64,000 bases of DNA, taken from positions 512,001 to 576,000 of the forward strand of contig JAEHCQ010000001.1 of the NCBI GenBank assembly GCA_020696385.1. Reading direction: 5' to 3'. The notes under the pieces were generated by a model, which saw nothing but the letters and a program-made list of their open reading frames with translations, had not been told where the DNA came from and did no database searches. Made by a program: the position numbers and the translations under genes. Shown piece after piece: positions 52,046 to 62,039 of this stretch; positions within the stretch are counted from its first letter, which is position 1, and each line of letters starts with the position of its first letter. This DNA is from Methanobacteriota archaeon. Lineage in GTDB: Archaea > Thermoplasmatota > Thermoplasmata > SG8-5 > JAGLSY01.

Positions 52046-53323
52046 TTATTGAATAAGCTCTTTCCCGCCCATATATTTGCGCAAGACCTCTGGAATTGTA
52101 ATTGTTCCATCCTCATTTTGGAAATTTTCCAAAATGGCCACCATAGTTCGGGAGGTGGCCAGTGCGGTATTGTTCAGCGTGTGGGGGATGGTCTTTTCCT
52201 TTCCGCCTACCTTGCCCATGCGGATCCCCAGTCGCCTGGCTTGATAGTCGGTGCAATTGGAGCAGGATGCGACCTCGCCATATTTGTCCTGGCGAGGGAA
52301 CCATGCTTCTATGTCATACTTTTTAGCTGCCAGGTTACCGATGTCCCCGGTGCAGACATTTACCACACGATATGGAATTCCAAGTAATTGGTACATTTCT
52401 TCTGTATTGGCCAGTAGTTCCTCATGATACTTCCAGGAATCCTCCGGTTTACAGAATATGAATTGCTCTATTTTGTTGAACTGGTGCATGCGGAACAGAC
52501 CTTTCGTATCCACGCCGTGGGCCCCGATCTCTTTTCTGAAGCAAGGGGAGAATCCGACCAGTTTCATGGGCATCTTTTCCTCATCCATTATCTCGCCCTG
52601 GAACATGGCGGCCATCGGGTGCTCGGAAGTGGCTATCAGATACAGGTCCTCGCCCTCTATCTTATACATCACATCCTCGAAGTCGCCCATATCCGTGACC
52701 CCTTCATACGGCTTGCGCTTGAGCATGAAAGGGGGCTCAACCAGTGTGTAGCCCTTACCGATCATGAACTCGGCCGCGAAATTTATGATGGCCAGATCCA
52801 GATAGGCCAGATCGCCCAAGAGGTAATTGAATCCCGCGCCGGAAACCCTACCGGCGCGGTCGAAGTCCGCGATGCCAAGATCTTCGGCCAATTCGGCGTG
52901 TGGTTTCAGATCGAAATCGAATTCCGGGGGCTGTCCCCACTTCCTCAGCTCCACATTCTTTTGATCATCCTCGCCCACTGGCACGCTTTCATGGAGAATG
53001 TTTGGCAAGATCATCTTCTTGCTATCGACTGAATCTTTCAGGTATCTGGTATCCTCATCCAACTTTTGAATTTCATCATTTATGTCCTTCATTTGATCAA
53101 GTTGTTTCGAGGCATCACCGCCAGCTTTCTTAATGCTGGCGATCTCCTTGGATATCGTATTGCGACGGGCTTTGAGCTCGTCGGCCTTGATATTCGATTC
53201 TCGCCATTTGGCATCATCCGCCAGAATGTCCTCGAGAACCTGCAATTTGTCCTCATCCTTTCGCTTGCGAAGGTCAGCCCTGATGATGTCTGGGTTATCT
53301 CTTATCAACTTGATATCCAACAT
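52046..53323 (-). CDS. serS: Serine--tRNA ligase (bacterial/standard type)
   Basis: MLDIKLIR, LIATSEHP, CFRKE.G..G.DTKGLFRMHQFNK, SCSNCTDYQARR, HTLN. Confidence 0.97.
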   Translation of the reverse strand: MLDIKLIRDNPDIIRADLRKRKDEDKLQVLEDILADDAKWRESNIKADELKARRNTISKEIASIKKAGGDASKQLDQMKDINDEIQKLDEDTRYLKDSVDSKKMILPNILHESVPVGEDDQKNVELRKWGQPPEFDFDLKPHAELAEDLGIADFDRAGRVSGAGFNYLLGDLAYLDLAIINFAAEFMIGKGYTLVEPPFMLKRKPYEGVTDMGDFEDVMYKIEGEDLYLIATSEHPMAAMFQGEIMDEEKMPMKLVGFSPCFRKEIGAHGVDTKGLFRMHQFNKIEQFIFCKPEDSWKYHEELLANTEEMYQLLGIPYRVVNVCTGDIGNLAAKKYDIEAWFPRQDKYGEVASCSNCTDYQARRLGIRMGKVGGKEKTIPHTLNNTALATSRTMVAILENFQNEDGTITIPEVLRKYMGGKELIQ

Positions 53324-53375
53324 TTGTCATTCTCCTCGATACATGATATCGAGAGAGAATGATAAGATATAAAAT

Positions 53376-56132
53376 TTACACCGTCTTGGCCTTTGCGGGC
53401 TTGGCAGGGGTCTTGTGCATCTTTCGGCGTATGACCTTTTCCAATTCCACTGCGAAGAACACGGAGCTGGATACCAGCACACACAGTCCCAATTCAAAGC
53501 CGTTCAATGCCGTTGTCCTGAAGACCTCGGCCAGTGGTGGCAAGTACACGACAGATAGCTGAAGAGCCGCACTGAAAGCAACTGCCCCTATGAGCCATGG
53601 ATTGACAAAGAACCTCTTCGATATCACGCTCTTCTCTTCCACATGCATGGCCATCACGTGCCACAATTGGAAGAAAGCGATAGTGATGAAAGCCATAGTT
53701 CTCGCATGATTATCAACGTACTCGGGAGTTCCCGTGGTCACACCATGCGCCCACTGGAATATTCCCAGTGTTCCGATGGTCATCAATGATCCGACCCAGA
53801 CGATGTGATAAGTGATCCCGCCGGCGAATATGGATTCCTTTGGATCCCTCGGCGGCCTCTTCATAATACCTTCCTCAGCCGGTTCAACACCAAGGCTGAG
53901 GGCGGGGAAACCGTCTGTTATGAGATTGATCCAGAGTATCTGAATCGCAATAAGTGGTAGCGGCATGCCGATCAAGGATGCGAGGAATATGACCAAGACC
54001 TCTCCTGAATTGGTGCTGAGCATGTACTTGACGAATTTACGAACATTATCGTAAATCGTACGTCCCTCGCCAATGGCCTCGACGATGGTGGCGAAATTAT
54101 CATCCGTGAGCACCATTTCAGAACTCTCCTTGGCTACATCTGTTCCGGTGATACCCATCGCGACACCAATATCCGCTGCTTTCAGAGCAGGTGCGTCATT
54201 GACACCATCACCTGTCATGGAAACTATATGGCCTTTGGCCTTCAGAGCTTTGACGATCCGCACTTTATGCTCGGGCGAAACTCTGGCATAAACATTCACA
54301 TCATCGACTATATTTTCGAGATCAGCATCAGACATGGCCTCGAGATCAAGGCCACGGAGGCTCTTGCCCCCCTCTGTGAAAATACCTAGTTCTGTAGCGA
54401 CAGCCTGGGCGGTCAATTGGTGATCGCCTGTTATCATCACCACCTTGATGCCAGCCTCTTTACATTTGGCCACAGCTTGCACCGCGTCAGATCTGGGGGC
54501 GTCCATCATGCCGATCATGCCCAGCAGGACGAAGGAGTGCTCCATTGACTCGTTCGCTTCTGGCTCCCCTTCTGGAATGTCTTTGTAAGCGATGGCCAAT
54601 ACTCGCAATCCCCTGGATGCCATCTCGTGATTCTGATCAACTATCCTGTCATATTCTTCTTTCGTGAATGGGACTGGCTGACCATCTTTCAGTATCTGAT
54701 CGCACTTATCGAACACGTACTCCGGCGCGCCTTTCATGTAAGCTATTATGTCATTGTCACGATTGTGGAAAGTGGTCATGCACTTTCTTTCTGAAGTGAA
54801 GTCCACCTCTCCCACTCTGGGTTCGAGCTCTTCGAGTTGCTCCTTATCAAGACCTGCTCGTTTGCCAGCTACTATAAGCGCCCCTTCCGTGGAATCACCA
54901 TGTATCACCCACAGATCGTCTTCTTTGATTATGGAGGAATCATTACAGAGTACCCCCGCCCTGAGCATGAGGTCCAGTTGGGAATGGTCCTCCAGTGATA
55001 TGTGCTGTGAATCATGCGTGAGCGTACCCTCTGGTTTGTAGCCATCACCCTTTATCTCGAATGTATTGGAATCTATGAAGACCTCTCTCACGTTCATCTT
55101 TCCTTCCGTCAGAGTCCCGGTCTTGTCACTGCATATGACGGTCACCGCTCCCAGTGTCTCCACTGATGGCAAACGGCGCACGAGAGCGTTCTTCTTAACC
55201 ATCTTCCTCATGCTGAGAGCTAATGAGATCGTGACAACGGCTGGCAATCCTTCAGGAACAGCCGCGACTGCCAAACTAACAGCGGTCAGGAATTCCTCCA
55301 CAACATGGGTCGGGTCCTTGATGTAGCTGACGAAAAAGACCACCGCGCATATACCGAGTATTGCCGCGCCTATGTTCTTGCCCAGCTTACCCAGTCTCTT
55401 CTGCAATGGAGTTTCTTCAGTCTCCTCGGCCTGGACCATACCAGCGATCTTTCCCAGCTCCGTGCTCATACCGGTCTCGATAACTATTCCCATACCGCGA
55501 CCGCGCTCGACAATGGTGCTTGTGAAGACCATGTTCTTTCGATCATTGATTATGACATTTCCACTCAGCGTGGAAATGTGCTTGCTGGTAGGTACTGATT
55601 CTCCGGTAAGTGAGGCCTCGTTCACCTGTAGATTTATAGCCTCTATCAAACGGCAATCGGCAGGCACTTTGGTACCCGCTGACAGGATCACTATGTCGCC
55701 CGGAACAAGATCCCTCGTGGGTATGACCTGGCTTTTCCCATTTCGGATGATGGTCGCTTGCGGAGCCGTCATCGCCTTCAGGGCGGCCATTGCTTTTTCG
55801 GCTTTGTACTCCTGAACAAAGCCGAAGACCGCATTGAACATCACTATGACCATGATGACCGCAGCATCGTACAACTCTTCATGTCCTTCTGTACTTTGCC
55901 AGCCTATAAATGCGGATATACCAGCAGCTATCAGAAGAATGATGACAAGAAAGTCTGTGAACTGTTGCAAAAATAGGCGAAGTGGAGATCTTTTCTTGGC
56001 TTCCGTGAGCTCATTTGGACCGTACTTTTCCAACCTTCCAGATACTTCGGTCTCGTTAAGACCATCCTTTGAAGAAGCAAGCTTATTGAATGTTTCTTCC
56101 ACCGATAGAGAGTGCCACTGACTGTCTGTCAT
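53376..56132 (-). CDS. P-type cation-transporting ATPase (type IIA, Ca2+-like)
   Basis: [46 protein letters not shown]. Confidence 0.95.
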   Translation of the reverse strand: MTDSQWHSLSVEETFNKLASSKDGLNETEVSGRLEKYGPNELTEAKKRSPLRLFLQQFTDFLVIILLIAAGISAFIGWQSTEGHEELYDAAVIMVIVMFNAVFGFVQEYKAEKAMAALKAMTAPQATIIRNGKSQVIPTRDLVPGDIVILSAGTKVPADCRLIEAINLQVNEASLTGESVPTSKHISTLSGNVIINDRKNMVFTSTIVERGRGMGIVIETGMSTELGKIAGMVQAEETEETPLQKRLGKLGKNIGAAILGICAVVFFVSYIKDPTHVVEEFLTAVSLAVAAVPEGLPAVVTISLALSMRKMVKKNALVRRLPSVETLGAVTVICSDKTGTLTEGKMNVREVFIDSNTFEIKGDGYKPEGTLTHDSQHISLEDHSQLDLMLRAGVLCNDSSIIKEDDLWVIHGDSTEGALIVAGKRAGLDKEQLEELEPRVGEVDFTSERKCMTTFHNRDNDIIAYMKGAPEYVFDKCDQILKDGQPVPFTKEEYDRIVDQNHEMASRGLRVLAIAYKDIPEGEPEANESMEHSFVLLGMIGMMDAPRSDAVQAVAKCKEAGIKVVMITGDHQLTAQAVATELGIFTEGGKSLRGLDLEAMSDADLENIVDDVNVYARVSPEHKVRIVKALKAKGHIVSMTGDGVNDAPALKAADIGVAMGITGTDVAKESSEMVLTDDNFATIVEAIGEGRTIYDNVRKFVKYMLSTNSGEVLVIFLASLIGMPLPLIAIQILWINLITDGFPALSLGVEPAEEGIMKRPPRDPKESIFAGGITYHIVWVGSLMTIGTLGIFQWAHGVTTGTPEYVDNHARTMAFITIAFFQLWHVMAMHVEEKSVISKRFFVNPWLIGAVAFSAALQLSVVYLPPLAEVFRTTALNGFELGLCVLVSSSVFFAVELEKVIRRKMHKTPAKPAKAKTV

Positions 56133-56185
56133 ATATGCCTGTATCTAATTGTTATACATAAAGATGTAGATGGGAATACCCTATA

Positions 56186-56232
56186 CCCGGAAGCCTTTTC
56201 TTTTATCCTCGCCCGACACTGCTCGCTCGATA
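56186..56232 (-). repeat. Relative of the purS-upstream modular repeat
   Basis: Reverse complement contains the exact 22-mer GATAAAAGAAAAGGCTTCCGGG (=18885-18906) preceded by TCGAGCGAGCAGTGTCGGGCGAG, which resembles CCGAACGAGCATGTGAGGGCGAG. Confidence 0.8.
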
Positions 56233-56340
56233 AATTGAGAATGCTGGAGATGAAGCTGAGTAGGTCATGGCATAGCAAATTACTATTTTTCACCAAGCCA
56301 TAAGCTGAGGTATAGACTGCTTATGGATGATCAAGGCCAC

Positions 56341-56625
56341 CTACTCAGATTTTTCAGCTGCGTCTTCGGCTGGAGCCTCGCCTTCTGCTCCTTCCTCGCC
56401 CTCGGTCGCTGCTGCTGCATCCTCTGCCTTGGCTGCTGCTGCCTCTGCGTCGGCTGCCTTGGCTTCTGAAGCGGCTGCGGAGGCAGCGGCTGAATCGGCT
56501 TGGATCTTTGCCATTTCCACCTTGCTGACGTACTTGCCCGCGTCCTTGTTGCATCTCTTACACAACATCAATATGTTCAACAGCCTTTTTCGGCCACAAC
56601 CCTTACATGTCCTGAGTACTTTCAT
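56341..56625 (-). CDS. Small basic Zn-ribbon protein with Ala/Glu-rich tail, function unknown
   Basis: CKGC-x11-CKRC, K/R-rich head, AAEA/EGE tail; GAGGA SD; follows DUF655 on the same strand. Confidence 0.8.
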   Translation of the reverse strand: MKVLRTCKGCGRKRLLNILMLCKRCNKDAGKYVSKVEMAKIQADSAAASAAASEAKAADAEAAAAKAEDAAAATEGEEGAEGEAPAEDAAEKSE

Positions 56626-56662
56626 ATTAATTCCTCTGTTATATTTTCAAATGTGATCTTTT

Positions 56663-57211
56663 CTATTTTGCCACAAAGATGTGGTATTTCTGCTCCGCCT
56701 CTGAAAGTTCCTGCTCGATCCGCTTGGCTATCAGCTTATCTGGATGATGCACGGATGAAACGCGCTCACCAAGTTCTTCGAAGGAGACGAAAGGCTTCTT
56801 TTTCCTTTCATCTATGATCGCCCACATGGATTTCTTACCCAATCCAGGGAGCAATTCCAGCATGTGGAAGCGTGTGGTGATAGCCCTGGCATCATTGTAG
56901 AATTTGACAAAGAAATCCTCTCTGTCCTTTACAATTTCCAGAAGCACAAATGGCAATTCACTATGGGATGCATTTGTAAGATCCTCATATCTTATCCTGC
57001 GCTTGACATGCAATATATCATGCCTCAGCTCAGCATTTTTGCCAATATACACTCTATCGCCTATTGTCAGGGGGGCATTGTCTTTGGGTGTGAGCTCGAA
57101 TAATTTGAACTCACTTTCGCCTACAGCATATGCTATTGGTTCACGACGGAAGCCTCTTTTATCAGCTCTCCCGTGTGGTAGATGATCCAATATAAATGCG
57201 TAGTCTTCCAC
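56663..57211 (-). CDS. DUF655 (COG1491) predicted RNA-binding protein
   Basis: EDYA.ILD.LP.G, H.LELLPGLGKK, KY.IF; conserved position after rpoF. Confidence 0.92.
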   Translation of the reverse strand: MEDYAFILDHLPHGRADKRGFRREPIAYAVGESEFKLFELTPKDNAPLTIGDRVYIGKNAELRHDILHVKRRIRYEDLTNASHSELPFVLLEIVKDREDFFVKFYNDARAITTRFHMLELLPGLGKKSMWAIIDERKKKPFVSFEELGERVSSVHHPDKLIAKRIEQELSEAEQKYHIFVAK

Positions 57212-57221
57212 AATATCCCGC

Positions 57222-57542
57222 CTAATCACTCTTCCTTATCGTCTCCAATATCTGCTCGATCAGATTAGCATCTAGCGCGAACCTTTCTTTCGCAAAGATG
57301 GTCCTGACCTCATCGGGATATCTAGGCATTATATCTGCCAACTTACAAGCGTGAAGCTCTGACAAAGGTTCTATCTTCTGGAGCTCTTCTACCAATTTTC
57401 TGGAAGCCTTGGCATCAAGTTTGGCGAATTTCAGGGCGTGAGCCAGTGCATAGTTCTGCTCCGTGTTAAGCTCACGATTTTCCTGTTCTTTCTCGAGCAA
57501 CTCCTTTACCTCTGCTAAAGTCAAACACTGTGTTTCAGAAAT
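57222..57542 (-). CDS. rpoF: DNA-directed RNA polymerase subunit F (Rpo4); probable ATT start (alternatively TTG 57524)
   Basis: LTLAEVKELL, EQNYAL.HA.KF, K.ADIMP....EVR.IFAKE; lies between rpl21e and DUF655. Confidence 0.92.
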   Translation of the reverse strand: MSETQCLTLAEVKELLEKEQENRELNTEQNYALAHALKFAKLDAKASRKLVEELQKIEPLSELHACKLADIMPRYPDEVRTIFAKERFALDANLIEQILETIRKSD

Positions 57543-57546
57543 AATA

Positions 57547-57840
57547 TCACCCCTGCTTTTTCAGGTGCTCTGGAGCGACAATAAGCTGCTTTTCCTTGTT
57601 ACCGTGCTTCAAAGTCACGACGAAAGCATTGCCCTGCTTGCCAGTTATGATTCCGCATAAGCCTTGGAACCTGACATGCGGCATTCCACCATGAACACTT
57701 GGCTCAATAACTATATTGACCCTCTCGCCATTTTCAAAATTAGCGAATGTTTTGGTCAGTGGCGGCATGCCCTTCTGTCTCACGGATTTCCGCAAGATCA
57801 TTCTTGATCTACTTCTTATTCCTCTGGACCTTTTCACCAT
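57547..57840 (-). CDS. rpl21e: 50S ribosomal protein L21e
   Basis: MVKRSRG.R..SR, PSVH.GMPH.RFQG, PEHLK. Confidence 0.96.
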   Translation of the reverse strand: MVKRSRGIRSRSRMILRKSVRQKGMPPLTKTFANFENGERVNIVIEPSVHGGMPHVRFQGLCGIITGKQGNAFVVTLKHGNKEKQLIVAPEHLKKQG

Positions 57841-57841
57841 T

Positions 57842-59113
57842 TTAATCAGCCCCTGGATCATGACTGTCTAATATTTCCAGTACATCCAGTTCTTCTACTT
57901 TGATCTCCACACCCAACTCACCGGCGATGCTTGGGATGGTTCGGCCATCATCCCCGTGGACCAGTTCCTTGATATAGGTACCAGCTTCCGCGGTAATGGC
58001 AAATGCCACCCGATCTCCAGACAGTTCAAGAATGGAAATTGTTTTTACTTTCCTTTTCCTGATCTTATCTGCCCTTCGATGCTTCACTCTAGTGGGGGTC
58101 TTTTGATCGATCGTTTTCTCACCAAGAGATGCAACTACTTCTTTAAGCTTTTCCTCGGAGAAGTCACCTTGAATTATGCCTGATATCACATATTGTTTAT
58201 CTGACCTGGCACTCTTGATACGAACCACCTCGTCATTATTGGATGGTCGCATTTCTGTAGCCGAGGCTCCCAGATCAGAGTTTTCCAGAGCTTCCATTAT
58301 CTTATCCAATGGGAGGTCCCTTTTCTTCGGCTCCTTGATCTCGACCACAAATGGTCTACCCCTTCCTTTCATGAGGGCATCGATATCTTCCCTGCCCATA
58401 CCGTGGAATCTATGATCCTTTCCTCCGGAATACTTCATGACCTCCTGGGCGATGATCTCCTCCACACTGGTCTGATAAAGTTTGCCAGTATTGTTACATT
58501 TCTCGCAGCCTTTGCCCATGCAATGTCGACATGGCCATCTGGTCTGCGGAATCCCCCTCGTGTATTTTGTATATCTGCCATAAAGATACAATGACGCGAT
58601 CTGAAGACTAACGGACTCATACATCGTGTCTATGACGGTGACAATATGTGGCTTATTGAACTCCGGTTCCTTACCAGTTTTGGCATACACCAGCTTGCCA
58701 ACTTCCCTATTGAACTCGGCTTTTATAGGTTCGCCGAACTCCCCGGATACCTCCGACCATAACAGTTCCTCCTTCTCCACCAATTCGGCATCGAACTTGG
58801 ACCCGATCAGGAAGGTGTCATACTCCCATTCATTCATCTTTTCGATCGCCATGGAAGCAAATCTTGGATAATCATCGGTTATGCCTTCGCAGAGCCAGCA
58901 ATTTTCTGGCTCCGTGGGGTCGGGCACATCCTTCATTTTCTTTATTTCCTGTCCCCTTGCCAGATTGGACAGGCCTTCTTCAGCTCCATCCTGCCCGAGC
59001 TTGGCAAATGCCCTACCCAGGCATGTGAAACACACCCTGTTATCCTTCAGAAAATCAAAATCGATCTGATCCAATAAAGGTTCTATTCCGTCGTGAAAAG
59101 TCTTCAAAGTCAT
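57842..59113 (-). CDS. pus10: tRNA pseudouridine(54/55) synthase Pus10
   Basis: GRY.K..RGIPQTRW, FHGMGREDIDA.M...GRPF, QKTP.RV..RRAD, GTYIKELVHGD.GRT.PS. Confidence 0.96.
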   Translation of the reverse strand: MTLKTFHDGIEPLLDQIDFDFLKDNRVCFTCLGRAFAKLGQDGAEEGLSNLARGQEIKKMKDVPDPTEPENCWLCEGITDDYPRFASMAIEKMNEWEYDTFLIGSKFDAELVEKEELLWSEVSGEFGEPIKAEFNREVGKLVYAKTGKEPEFNKPHIVTVIDTMYESVSLQIASLYLYGRYTKYTRGIPQTRWPCRHCMGKGCEKCNNTGKLYQTSVEEIIAQEVMKYSGGKDHRFHGMGREDIDALMKGRGRPFVVEIKEPKKRDLPLDKIMEALENSDLGASATEMRPSNNDEVVRIKSARSDKQYVISGIIQGDFSEEKLKEVVASLGEKTIDQKTPTRVKHRRADKIRKRKVKTISILELSGDRVAFAITAEAGTYIKELVHGDDGRTIPSIAGELGVEIKVEELDVLEILDSHDPGAD

Positions 59114-59168
59114 TGGAAGCACCAGCCTATTAAATTATGTTATATATTATTCTAATCCATTGATCCGA

Positions 59169-59444
59169 TCATTCCTTCCTTAAATAGATCTCGATGGACG
59201 ATACATTCGACTTCCTGCCATCTTCATTCTCCAGACTTTCGGTGTATATCTTGATATCATCCACCACGGCCGTTGTTATTACCTTGTTCCTTGTTATCTC
59301 GGCCACATCGACCGCCTTGCTTATGCTTCTACCCCTGGCCTTGATGGTCACCTTGCCAGCATCCCCATTGAGCTGGCCTGTCACTGCCAGAACATAGCTC
59401 ATTGTTTCTTTTTTGCCGATATATATTATATTGTCATCTGCCAT
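59169..59444 (-). CDS. albA: DNA/RNA-binding protein Alba
   Basis: IYIGKK..M.YVLA, KARGRSISKAVDVAE, NVSSIEI. Confidence 0.96.
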   Translation of the reverse strand: MADDNIIYIGKKETMSYVLAVTGQLNGDAGKVTIKARGRSISKAVDVAEITRNKVITTAVVDDIKIYTESLENEDGRKSNVSSIEIYLRKE

Positions 59445-59711
59445 CAATTCAGCTCCTGGGTTGATCATATACTTATTATAAGATTAACAATAAGTGATGA
59501 TATAAAAAGATATAGTTGGACAAATCTTGAGAGAGAGTGTGGAAGTGATGATGTTAAATTTAATTATTATTCAATATTATTAACGATAGTAATTGATTTA
59601 TTGTCAAAATGACCAGCCAGAATTATCCATATTGACACTTTTGACATATTCAATAACCGATAGGCTTTTATCATTATAGTGAACTATGGGAATCGAATTG
59701 GAGGAAGCTCA

Positions 59712-60407
59712 ATGAAGATCAAAAGAGTTAAGACCTTTATAAAGGGACTGGACAAGGAAATGAGTGGAGGCGTTCCAGAGGGTAGTGTTATACTTATAGC
59801 GGGAAAGCCTGGAACAATGAAATCTTCACTGGCTTTTAATATTCTGTATCACAATGCGAATATTGAAGATGTCAGTGGTGTCTATGTCACTTTGGAGCAG
59901 AGTAGAGAAAGCCTTTTGACCAATATGGACGGCCTGGGAATGAAGCTGGGCGGTCTGGAAAAAGAGATCAGTGTCCTTGATTTGGGAATGATAAGGAAGA
60001 AGCTCACCCAGCTCACCAATCAGACCTGGATGGAAGTCTTCAAGATGTACATCCAGAACCTGAAAAAGAACATGGACATCAAGGTCGTGGTAATTGATTC
60101 ATTACCAGTTCTGGAAGTCATGGCCAGGTTCCAGCATCCGAGAGAAGAATTATTCCATTTCTTCGAATGGCTGAGGGACATGGATGTCACAGCCTTCCTG
60201 ATAACCGAGATGCAGCAGGGATCGGACCAGTTCTGCAAGTACGATGAGGATTTCCTGTCGGATGGTATCATGCACCTTGACCTGAAAAGGGAAGGGAACC
60301 AAGTTAACTTATTCCTTGGTATTGTGAAGATGAGGCAGACCAGCCACAAGAGAGGGTATTCACCACTGATATTCGACAAGGATGGATTCGAGATAGTTTC
60401 GGATTAG
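59712..60407 (+). CDS. Single-domain KaiC/RAD55-like RecA-family ATPase
   Basis: VKT.I.GLD..M.GG.P, GKPGTMKS, YVTLEQ, VIDS, LITE, KMR.T.H. Confidence 0.88.
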   Translation: MKIKRVKTFIKGLDKEMSGGVPEGSVILIAGKPGTMKSSLAFNILYHNANIEDVSGVYVTLEQSRESLLTNMDGLGMKLGGLEKEISVLDLGMIRKKLTQLTNQTWMEVFKMYIQNLKKNMDIKVVVIDSLPVLEVMARFQHPREELFHFFEWLRDMDVTAFLITEMQQGSDQFCKYDEDFLSDGIMHLDLKREGNQVNLFLGIVKMRQTSHKRGYSPLIFDKDGFEIVSD

Positions 60408-60538
60408 TTCGAGCAGTATGTCATATAAATTGTTCAATATTCAGCGTAAGCCAGTATGAGCTCCGAGCAGGGGGACGGGTGCGAACCAGCGCAGGAGTGC
60501 AGGGTGGGGGAGTATCAATTGAATGGGGTGGGTGTTTC

Positions 60539-60664
60539 AGAAAGATTGACCTCCCCGCCCTTTGAACGGGGTTTCGAATAGGGGCTGTCACTCACTGAGA
60601 TATAGAATATAGTACCCCGCCCTCCTTTGGCCAATTGGGTCAATCAGACGTGGCATGCTTGCAT
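60539..60664. mobile_element. ~126-bp non-coding element with IS200/IS605-like hairpins (PATE/MITE-like), copy 2
   Basis: AGAAAGATTGACCTCCCCGCCCTTTGAACGGGGTTTCGAATAG...GTACCCCGCCCTCC...TCAATCAGACGTGGCATGCTTGCAT. Confidence 0.65.
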
Positions 60665-60726
60665 TAATCCGCATACACATTGATGAGAATATGCCATGCA
60701 GGCATACGATGTGCGGGCATATGCCT

Positions 60727-61920
60727 TCAATTCTTGGCCATGAGGAAGAACACTATGGCCGGGAAGACCAGCAGACCACCGATGACCATCATATTGCCCG
60801 GACCCATGGAATCCGTAAATAGTGAAATTACCACATCTCCAATAAGCAAGCCGATCGCGAAAACCATGTTCTTAAAGGATCCCATTGTCGCTCTGATCTC
60901 CGTTGGGAGGATATTCTGGAAATAAGGCTCGAATATCGGGCCAAAGGTCGACCATCGTATACTAAGAATTATGAGCACCAATGCGGCCAGCCAGGCCATG
61001 TCTACGAAGAAGATAATGACCATGACGAGGCCGAAAATAAGAGTGTGTACTGCGAGATACACACTCTTTTTCTTCGCTCTTTGGCCAATGGCCTTGGCAA
61101 GGAAGGGGATCCCGACACAGATCGCCGCGCCTATCGCGGTTATGTATCCGAAGAACTCGCGAGGAATGCCCATGACCTCCATGTAAGGCTGCCTGAGGAT
61201 CATGATGAACTCCCCACTCAGTGCGATGAATATCATGGCCAACAGTATGTAGAACACCTGCTTGTCACTGATAGAGAATCTCGCCCCCTCTCTGATATTC
61301 TGGCCAGTTTGTTTCATCGTTCCCCTGAGGTTCATTTTCGTGGGTACATGATGCTCCTTCTGCATTGCCAGAATGGGAAGGGTGGCAAGCATGGATATCC
61401 CACTGATATACCACACCATGTCCATACTCCAGTATTTCACTACAAGACCGGCCATTATGGATGCGAATATGAAACCCAGCATATTTATGGACTGGTCCTT
61501 GGCAAAGAAGTCATCTATCAGATCTTCTCTGTCAACTGCCTTGAAATTGTCCACCACCCAGGCCTCGACAGCCCCGGATATGAGAGTGACTGGCAACCCC
61601 CAGGCTGTGAATACGATTATCAGCAATATTGGGTCAGTGATGCTCGGGATGATCAGGAGAACGGATGCGAATCCAATGTAGCCAAGAATGGTCGATGCCT
61701 TGCGACCGAAAGCATCGGCCAATGCCCCAGTGGGAACTTCCAGCAGGGTCATTGAAAGCCCATTGAGACCCAGGGCGATGCCAATCACGGCAAAAGAAAA
61801 ACCCTGGTCCATGAGAAAGACTACCCAGTAGATCCAGATAAGGGCAAAACTGGATTCCAATATACTGTGAAGATAGAAAAGCTTGGTATGCTGTAATTCC
61901 CCGTCCTTGAATAGTCTCAT
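60727..61920 (-). CDS. MFS transporter
   Basis: About 12 TMs; LEVPTGALADAFGRK (motif A), SGA.EAW..D, RAT..S. Confidence 0.9.
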   Translation of the reverse strand: MRLFKDGELQHTKLFYLHSILESSFALIWIYWVVFLMDQGFSFAVIGIALGLNGLSMTLLEVPTGALADAFGRKASTILGYIGFASVLLIIPSITDPILLIIVFTAWGLPVTLISGAVEAWVVDNFKAVDREDLIDDFFAKDQSINMLGFIFASIMAGLVVKYWSMDMVWYISGISMLATLPILAMQKEHHVPTKMNLRGTMKQTGQNIREGARFSISDKQVFYILLAMIFIALSGEFIMILRQPYMEVMGIPREFFGYITAIGAAICVGIPFLAKAIGQRAKKKSVYLAVHTLIFGLVMVIIFFVDMAWLAALVLIILSIRWSTFGPIFEPYFQNILPTEIRATMGSFKNMVFAIGLLIGDVVISLFTDSMGPGNMMVIGGLLVFPAIVFFLMAKN

Positions 61921-62039
61921 TGTTCAGGTTCTAATATCGCCCACGATATAAGGGTTACCAAGGTATGCATGATCGTAGGAAAGATAACATAAATCATATA
62001 TGCTCGAAAGGCGGTCATCAATGATATAGGAGGGAAAGA

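Noticed and set aside
59712-60407. Circadian clock KaiC
   Set aside because: Single RecA-like domain with no kaiA/kaiB; a common archaeal KaiC-like ATPase.
60471-60532. G-quadruplex-like G runs next to the second IS605-like element
   Set aside because: Single occurrence with one long loop and no supporting evidence of function.
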